DNA of 21,599 bases, from assembly GCA_051294375.1 (NCBI GenBank), contig JBJCIZ010001528.1, forward strand, positions 1 to 21,599. The letters are read 5' to 3'. This DNA is from Paraspadella gotoi. Taxonomy: Eukaryota > Animalia > Chaetognatha. This document shows positions 1-7,900 of the stretch, in pieces; position 1 is the stretch's first letter, and each line of letters opens with the position of its first letter. A program made the translations under genes and the position numbers. The notes below the pieces were generated by a model that did no database searches, was not told where the DNA came from, and was given only the letters and a program-made list of their open reading frames with translations.

Positions 1-3000
1 TAAACGTTAAAAACTTCTGCAAATAACATCATCGAGGTGTTAAAATTGGGTGAGGACAGTTATTAAATATCTTTTTATAAAAAAAACAAATTTCCTCTCT
101 TTTATTTTTATGTCTCCTTCTCTCTCTCTTTTCTCTTTAATTTTATGTGCTTTCTCTCACTCTCAATAGATAAAAACGTTAAATACACCAGAAAACGACT
201 TTTTCTCTGTAAAAAGATATGAAAAACTTTAAAAATAACAGAAAACGATTTTCCAATGTAAAAAGAATAAAAACTTTTATAAAAAAAAAACGGCAAACAT
301 TTTTTCCAAGTAAAAAGAGTTAAAAACACCGATAACGACTTTTCTAAAGTAAAAAGTATTAAAAACGTTAAATACACCGGCAGACGATATTTCCAAAGAG
401 ATAACAACTTTAAACAAAAGAAAAAAACGCTTTTTCCATGTAAAAAGAGATAAAATTTTAAAACACCGGAAAACGATATTTCAAAGAAAAAAGAAATAAA
501 AACGTTAAATACTTCTGCAAAATAACATCATCGAGGTTGTTAAAATGGTGAGGACAGTATTAAATATTTTATCTTTATCAAAACAAAACAAATTTCCTCT
601 CTTTTATTTTTATGTCTCCTTCTCTCTCTCTTTTCTCTTTAATTTTATGTAGCTTTCCTCACTCTCAAAAAGATAAAAACGTTAAATACACCAGAAAACG
701 ACTTTTTCTCTGTAAAAGATATGAAAACTTTAAAAATAACAGAAAACGATTTTTTCCAATGTAAAAAGAAATAAAAACTTTAAAAAAAAACGGCAAACTT
801 TTTTCCAATGTAAAAAAGAGTTAAAAACACCCGATATAAACGACTTTTCTAAAGTAAAAAGTGATAAAACGTTAAATACACCGGCAGACGATATTTCCAA
901 AGAGTAAAACTTTAAAAACAAAGAAAAACGCTTTTCCAATGTAAAAAGAGATAAAAAAATTCTTAAAACACGGAAAACGATATTTTAAAGAAAAAAGAAA
1001 TAAAAACGTTAAATACTTCTGCAAATAACATCATCGAGGTTGTTAAAATTGGTGAGGACAGTATTAAAATCTTTTTATATACCAAACAAACAAATTTCCT
1101 CTCTTTTATTTTTATGTCTCCTTCTCTCTCTCTTTTCTCTTTAATTTTATGTAGCTTTCTCTCACTCTCATAGATAAAAACGTTAATACACCAGAAAACG
1201 ACTTTTTCTCTGTAAAAAGATATGAAACTATTAAAAATAACAGAAAAACGATTTTTTCCAATGTAAAAAGAAATAAAAACTTTAAAAAAAAACCGGCAAA
1301 CGTTTTTCCAATGTAAAAAGAGTTAAAAAACACGATAAACGACTTTTTCTAAAGTAAAAAGTAATAAAAACGTTAAATACACCGGCAGACGATATTTCCC
1401 AAAGAGATAACAACTTTAAAACAAAGAAAAACGCTTTTTTCCAATGTAAAAAGAGATAAAAAATTTCTAAAACACGGAAAACGATATTTTCAAAGAAAAA
1501 AAGAAATAAAAACGTTAAATACTTCTGCAAATAACATCATCGAGGTGTTAAAATTGGGTGAGGACATTTATTAAAATATCTTATATTTTATCAAACAAAC
1601 AAATTTCCTCTCTTTTATTTTTATGTCTCCTTCTTTCTCTCTCTTTTCTCTTTAATTTTATGTAGCTTTCTCTCACTCTCAATAGATAAAAACGTTAAAT
1701 ACACCAGAAACGCACTTTTTCTCTGTAAAAAGATATGAAAACTTTAAAAATAACAGAAAACGATTTTTTCCAATGCTAAAAAGAAATAAAAATCTTAAAA
1801 AAAAAAAACGGCAAAACGTTTTTTTCCAATGTAAAAAGAGTAAAAAAAACACCGATAAACGACTTTTCTAAAGTAAAAAATAATAAAAAACGTTAAATAC
1901 ACCGGCACGAATATTTCCAAAGAGATAACAAACTTTAAAAACAAAGAAAAACGCTTTTTCCAATGTAAAAAGAGATAAAAAATTTCTAAAAACACCGGAA
2001 AACGATATTTTCTAAAAGAAAAAAAAAAAACTTTAAATACTTCTGCAAAATAACATCATCGAGGTTGTTAAAATTGGTGAGGACAGTTATTAAATATCTT
2101 TTTATCCAAAACAAACAAATTTCCTCTCTTTTATTTTTATGTCTCCTTCCTCTCTCTTTCTCTTTAATTTTATGTAGCTTTCTCTCACTCTCAATAGATA
2201 AAAACGTTAAATACACCAGAAAACGAACTTTTCTCTGTAAAAGATATGAAAACTTATAAAATAACAGAAAACGATTTTTTCCAATGTAAAAAGAAATAAA
2301 ACTTTAAAAAAAAAACGGCAAACGTTTTTTCCAATGTAAAAAGAGTTAAAAAACACCGATAAACGACTTTTCTAAAGTAAAAAGTAATAAAAACGTTAAA
2401 TACACCGGCAGACGATATTTCAAAAGAGGTAACAACTTTAAAAACAAAGAAAAACGCTTTTTTCCAATGTAAAAAGAGATAAAAAAATTTCTAAAACACG
2501 GAAAACGATATTTTCAAAGAAAAAAAGAAATAAAAACGTTAAATACTTCTGCAAATTAACATTCATCGAGGTTGTTAAAATTGGGTGAGGACAGTTATTA
2601 AATATCTTTTTCATACTATAAACAAACAAATTTCCTCTCTTTATTTTTATGTCTCCTTCTCTCTCTCTTTTCTCTTAATTTTGTAGCTTTCTCTCACTCT
2701 CAAAGATAAAAACGTTAAATACACCAGAAAACGACTTTTCTCTGTAAAAAGATATGAAACTTTAAAAATAACAGAAAACATTTTTTCCAATGTAAAAGAA
2801 ATAAAAACTTTAAAAAAACGGCAAACGGTTTTTCCATGTAAAAAGAGTTAAAAACACGCATAAACGACTTTTCTAAAGTAAAAAGTGATAAAAACGTTAA
2901 ATACACGGCAGACGATATTTCCAAAGAGATAACAACTTTAAGAAACAAAAGAAAAAACGCTTTTTCCAATGTAAAAAGAGATAAAAAATTCTAAAACACC

Positions 3001-3075
3001 GAAAACGATATTTTCAAAGAAAAAAGAAATAAAAACGTTTAAAGTACTTCTGCAAATAAAACATCATCGAGGTTG
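1..3075 (+). repeat. AT-rich tandem satellite array, ~505 bp monomer, ~6 copies (orientation A; runs off the left edge)
   Basis: The anchor CATCATCGAGG recurs at about 27, 526, 1029, 1535, 2054, 2560 and 3062, with spacings of ~499-519 bp. Copies differ mostly by homopolymer indels. The array ends at ...CATCATCGAGGTTG (3075). Strand is arbitrary. Confidence 0.97.
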
Positions 3076-3665
3076 CTTCGCTGCCATACTGAAACAATTA
3101 GCATCTTATCAGAAATAATTGTCCCCACCTGGGATTCGAACATCGAACTCGGGACTGATCAGCTTTAAGTCACAGCTCTCAGCCCAATCAGTCAGCCTGA
3201 TTATTTCCTCTGTTAAAATCGATTCTTCATCAGTTTAAAAACAATTTCGATGCCTTTTGTTTTCAACCAAAAGTAAAACTTATCCTTTAGAAACACAAGA
3301 TGGCTTTGGCGCCTTTTGAATGATTGATTTCAACTGATTGTTTACTTTTGAAACGTTTTGATTGTTTTCATTGACTCGTTTTTACCTCATGAAATAAATG
3401 TTAATTCAAAACATTATAAACTCGTTTTTAATTAATCTCACAATGTAACAATCTACATTAATTAATGAGAAACAATTTTATGTGAAAACTCAAAGAATAA
3501 TCAATCTAAGATAAACAATTATTTCTAATCACGTGTCAAGCTTTCCCTGCACTTGCTGCGCCCCTCTGTTGACTAAAGTCATCGTGCTACGCGTTTAGCA
3601 ACTTGCACGTCATCCGTCGCGTCGTCAATGTCACGCTTGTTCACGCGACCCGTGTCCCCGCCACA
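3074..3665 (+). repeat. 5' LTR (~590 bp)
   Basis: 3083-3119 (GCCATACTGAAACAATTAGCATCTTATCAGAAATAAT) matches the sequence right after the PPT (9053-9088). 3120-3654 matches 21074-21599 in reverse complement. It ends ...GCCACA (3665), 2 nt before the TGG of the PBS. GCCACA is an imperfect inverted repeat of the 3' LTR start TGCGGC. AATAAA lies at 3393-3398. The left boundary is uncertain by a few bp. Confidence 0.85.
3120..3201 (-). pseudogene. Degenerate tRNA-like (Leu-like) sequence with Pol III A/B boxes, antisense within the LTR
   Basis: The minus strand reads ATCAGGCTGACTGATTGGGCTGAG...GACTTAAAG...GTTCGAATCCCAGGTGGGGACA. It has a canonical B box GTTCGAATCC, an A-box-like TGACTGATTGG and a length of ~82 nt. 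The ends resemble eukaryotic tRNA-Leu (GTCAGGATGGCCGAG...GGTTCGAATCCCAC...GACA, from memory). The acceptor and anticodon stems do not pair properly. Confidence 0.5.
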
Positions 3666-3667
3666 CT

Positions 3668-3685
3668 TGGTGAGACCAACGCGAG
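3668..3685 (+). promoter_or_regulatory. Primer binding site (PBS)
   Basis: TGGTGAGACCAACGCGAG begins 2 nt after the LTR-terminal CA, and TGG complements the tRNA CCA end. It partly resembles the tRNA-Trp PBS (TGGTGACCCCGACGTGA) of the CsRn1 group. Primer identity is not established. Confidence 0.75.
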
Positions 3686-3871
3686 CCTTACCAACCTTCA
3701 GGAAAGGGACAAAGTCGACTCGGACCTCCTCCGAGGTAAGATTGGGCGGCGAATCGGGTTTTTAAGTAAAATACCCAATCTTGCTCACACCCTATCTCTT
3801 CTCCCTTTCTTTTACTCGCGAAATACAACGCCAACGGAGTCAGAAACGTCGACGAGAACTCAACAAGATCA

Positions 3872-4951
3872 ATGAGCGATTCCGATCTCAGGTCACGCCT
3901 CCGCTCCGCCCACCGCAACGTGGAAGAGACACGTGACGTCACCACGAGTCTACAAATACCCGGAGGCTTTGGGAGAGGAACACGATCACGCTCAACGTCG
4001 CCAGCTTTCGCCGACGTAGCCCCTCACTTCAATTTCCAGCGAATTAACGGAGACAACTTTGCCGACGCCGACATGGCGACAGGCGACGCCCCTCACCGCG
4101 ACATTAACGACGAAAACGCGGAACTCCGCGCCGCCCTCGCCGCCGCCACGCGCGCCCTCGAGCGCGCCTCCAGCCGAAAGCCCGACTTGCCGGACTTTGA
4201 TCCGACAAATATCGAGATATGGATTAGGAGAGTAGAGGCGGCGTACACGCGCGCCGGCATAGCGACTCCAAAATCGAAATTCGCCTATCTCGAATCGAAA
4301 ATTGGAGTAAAAGTGGATCCTCGAATTAATCAGTTCTTGTATGGAGAGGCAACGGAAGCGAATTGGCTCCTCTTCATCGAATACCTTCGCAAGGAATATG
4401 GAATTACCAGGCGACAACAAGCCGCCACACTTCTCGACGCCTTCGACGCCGATGGTATGAAACCATCCAAGCTCCTAGCCCAACTCGAAGAACAAACGAG
4501 GACGTTGACCATCGACGACCTGCGTAAAGAAAAAATTTTGCGCGAACTACCGATCGAGATACGTCGCCAGCTAGAGGATCGAGCTGACGAATTATCAGCA
4601 AAAGAACTCTGCGAAATGGCGGACCGCCACTTCGACAATGAAGGAAACGTTAAGATCCGCCAATCAGCAGTAATCAGCCACGTCGAAAGAGGCCATCGAG
4701 AACAGCATGATTCTGAAACAGATGACGACGAGAACGTCAATGCAATCAGCGCCAACGGAAAAAGAAATTTCAACGGAAAAAAGAGACAGAATCAAGCTCA
4801 GAAAGGGAAGTCAAAACCAAAGCTCGTCACCCTATGTCAAAAGCACGTCAAGTTCGGCGACGAAGCTTGGTCGTGCGAGCAAGGATGCGCCAAGTACGAC
4901 GCCACCCAGAAAAAGAAAGAGGGAAACGCCAGAGGGGGACGACGTCGGTGA
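3872..4951 (+). CDS. gag: Gag-like protein (359 aa) with C-terminal CHCC zinc motif
   Basis: This ORF follows the PBS. It contains LPDFDPTNIEIWIRRVEAAY...KFAYL, typical of the N-terminal Gag domain in this group, and CQKHVKFGDEAWSCEQGC (Cx2Hx9Cx3C) at 4835-4888. The true start codon is uncertain. Confidence 0.9.
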   Translation: MSDSDLRSRLRSAHRNVEETRDVTTSLQIPGGFGRGTRSRSTSPAFADVAPHFNFQRINGDNFADADMATGDAPHRDINDENAELRAALAAATRALERASSRKPDLPDFDPTNIEIWIRRVEAAYTRAGIATPKSKFAYLESKIGVKVDPRINQFLYGEATEANWLLFIEYLRKEYGITRRQQAATLLDAFDADGMKPSKLLAQLEEQTRTLTIDDLRKEKILRELPIEIRRQLEDRADELSAKELCEMADRHFDNEGNVKIRQSAVISHVERGHREQHDSETDDDENVNAISANGKRNFNGKKRQNQAQKGKSKPKLVTLCQKHVKFGDEAWSCEQGCAKYDATQKKKEGNARGGRRR

Positions 4952-7900
4952 ATGCCGTCCCCCAAGCGTCAAGCAACTCACCAACGTCAAACCATCTCCT
5001 TCATATCCGCGACGCCAAGGACCGTACGAAGTGGCTCGTCGACGGAGGAGCTCTCCTCTCAATCGTTCCGCCATCTAGCGAACAACGTCGACGAGGCCCC
5101 GATCCAAAAATCAAACTACAGGCAGCGAATGGTTCACCCATCGATTGTTATGGAACCATCAACAGAAGCGTCCAATTGGGTAATCGAAAATTCGATTATG
5201 AGTTTGTCGTAGCAGATGTGAGACAACATATCTTAGGCGCGGACTTCCTCGCCGAAAATTTTTTGGCACCTAACCACCGTGACGGGTTATTACTCGACTT
5301 ACGCGACTACTCGACAATCGCGGCGTCATTAGCGACAGAAGAGACTTCTCATGTGAATTTCGTGGATAGGCAAGGTGAAAAGTTTTACAAACTACTCGAT
5401 TCATTCCCCTCCTTGTCTACACCCACCTTTGAAGTGAAGGACCCGAAACACGGTGTTACCCATTCGATCCCCACTGAGGGAAGGCCCTGCCAATCTCGCG
5501 CCAGGCGCCTTGACCCTGAAAAATTAGCAGTGGCCAAACGCGAATTGGAAAAAATGGTTTCGCTGGGGATCGCAAAGCGTGGTAAATCAGAGTGGTCATC
5601 GCCCCTCCATGTGGTTGAAAAACCAGATGGAGGTTGGCGATGCTGTGGAGACTATAGGCGTCTCAATGCCCAAACAATAGATGATAGATATCCGGTGAAA
5701 CTCCTCACAGATTTTAATTCTCAACTCGAGGGGAAAACGATCTTTTCGAAGATCGATCTTCTTAAAGGATATCACCAAATTCCAGTGAATCCGGAGGACG
5801 TAAAAAAAACGGCCGTGATCACTCCCTTTGGCCTCTATGTGTTCCCTCGATGCCCGTTCGGCCTCAAAAACGCCGGACAGGATTTTCAGAGGTTAATGGA
5901 TGAAATCCTGGGCGAGATACCGCACACTTTTGTGTACTTGGACGATATTCTGGTGGCGTCAGCTTCACCAGAAGAGCACTATCAAGATTTGGAGCGGGTC
6001 TTCAAGGCTTTAGACGCTAATGGTTTAGTAGTAAATACTAAAAAGTGTCTTTTGGGGCAGGAATCACTAGAGTTCCTAGGGTTCCTAGTAGACAAGCATG
6101 GAGTTCGACCGCTACCAAAACGAGTCCAAACGCTACAAGAAACCACTCGACCAACAACAATCAAGGAGTTGCAACGGTTTTTGGGCATGATAAACTACTA
6201 TCGTAGGTTTATACCGAAAGTAGCCCACCGTTGCGCTCCACTGTATGAGGCTTTAAGTGGAAAACCTAAAAACCTCGACTGGACCGACGATTGTGAGCGA
6301 GCATTTGAAGCGATTAAGGAAGGCCTCATTCAAGCCGCCTTATTACATCATCCTAGAACTGGAGCGCAGCTCTGCGTCACCACTGACGCCTCAGATCAGG
6401 CAGTCGGGGCGGTTCTCGAACAGCGTGGCCCCAAAGGTTGGGAGCCACTCGCTTTCTTTTCCACTAAACTGGCAAAAAACCAGAAACTTTGGCCTCCTTT
6501 CGATAAGGAGTTATTTGGCGCATTCAAGGCTGTCCGCCACTTTAGACATTGGATTGAAGGACGTGCATTCACGTTGTATACCGACCACCAAAGTCTGGTA
6601 ACCGCCATTAAGAAAAAGGCAGAACCTCAAACCATGCGTCAAAGCTATCAACTTTCAGTTATCGCCGAATTTACGACCGATGTGCGATATCTGAAAGGAA
6701 AGGCAAACGTGGTCGCAGACGCGTTATCGCGACCAAACGCCAGCTCCATGCCTCACACGACAACATCAGCGACCCCAGCAACGACTACGACAACCTCCGC
6801 GTTGATATCGACATCGTCAGCTTCGTCGACAACGTCGTTAGTCGCCTCGATACCGTCAACGTCCGAATTATCGTCGTCGCCGTCATCGGCGTCGAACCAA
6901 CCATCGTCGTTATCATCGTCGTCGGCGTCGCCGACGACAACGTCAGCTACAGAAACGAATCTTTCAGCACTTCCGCCACATACAACGTCAACAGGAAACT
7001 CGCCTCCGCCACTACTAAGCGAAAAAAGAATCAAAACAAATCAATTGGAAGACGCTCAAGCGGTTATAGCGTCGCTGACAAGTTTTGAAATAAATTTTGA
7101 GCAGATGGCGCGAGAGCAAACGCTCGACCCCGATTTTAAAAAAATCTCAGAGGACGCGCGTTCAGGACTCACATTCAGGAAAATAAAAGTGGGAGATCAA
7201 GATTTACTCGCTGACATTTCGAACGGACCTGCAAGACCGTTCGTCCCAGTATCATGGCGAAGAAAAGTATTTGAGGTAATACATGGACTCGGTCATCCCG
7301 GCGTCGAGGCGACACGCAAAGCGGTAGCGTCTAAATTTGTGTGGAACAGCATGCGCCAAGACGTTAGTAAATGGACTAGAGAGTGCTTAGATTGTCAGAG
7401 AGCCAAAATAACTCGACATGTGATACCCGAAATTGGTGAATTCAAAGTGCCTCCAAGGAGATTTCAGCATTTGAATTTGGATTTAGTGAAGATGCCTAAA
7501 TCTAACGGATATTCACATCTTCTGACAATAGTGGATCGTTTCTCCAGGTGGCCATCAGCAATACCAATTAAAGATACACTAACCACTACTATACTCGACG
7601 CTTTAAGCCATGAGTGGATATGTATTTTCGGTACACCATCGGTTATCACTACCGACAGAGGAACCCAGTTTGGCTCAGCACTTTGGAGGCAGCTGACGAA
7701 GCAGTGGGGGATAAAACACCAGACCACCACAGCGTATCACCCACAAGCGAATGGTCTAGTGGAACGTTTCCATCGAAGATTGAAAGAATCCCTCATCGCT
7801 CTCGCCAAAGAAAATAGAGAAAAATGGTATTGGGAACTTCCTATGACTCTGCTAGCTATTCGGACCACAGTGAAAGAGGACATTGGCGCCTCAGCAGCGG

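Noticed and set aside
108-2969. Many short F/L/K-rich ORFs in the left satellite
   Set aside because: They are translations of the AT-rich repeat. Frames shift from copy to copy, many lack an ATG start, and there are no domain motifs.
3120-3201. Functional tRNA gene
   Set aside because: The acceptor, anticodon and T stems do not pair as a cloverleaf, and no T4+ terminator follows immediately. Kept only as tRNA-like.
3195-3240. Hammerhead ribozyme core on the minus strand (CTGATGA...GAAA)
   Set aside because: No stem II closes directly onto the GAAA, stems I and III are not evident, and the second LTR copy reads CTGATAAG.
3603-3945. ORFs 3603-3875 (+) and 3688-3945 (-)
   Set aside because: They span the LTR end, PBS or leader, have no recognisable motifs, and are of a length expected by chance.
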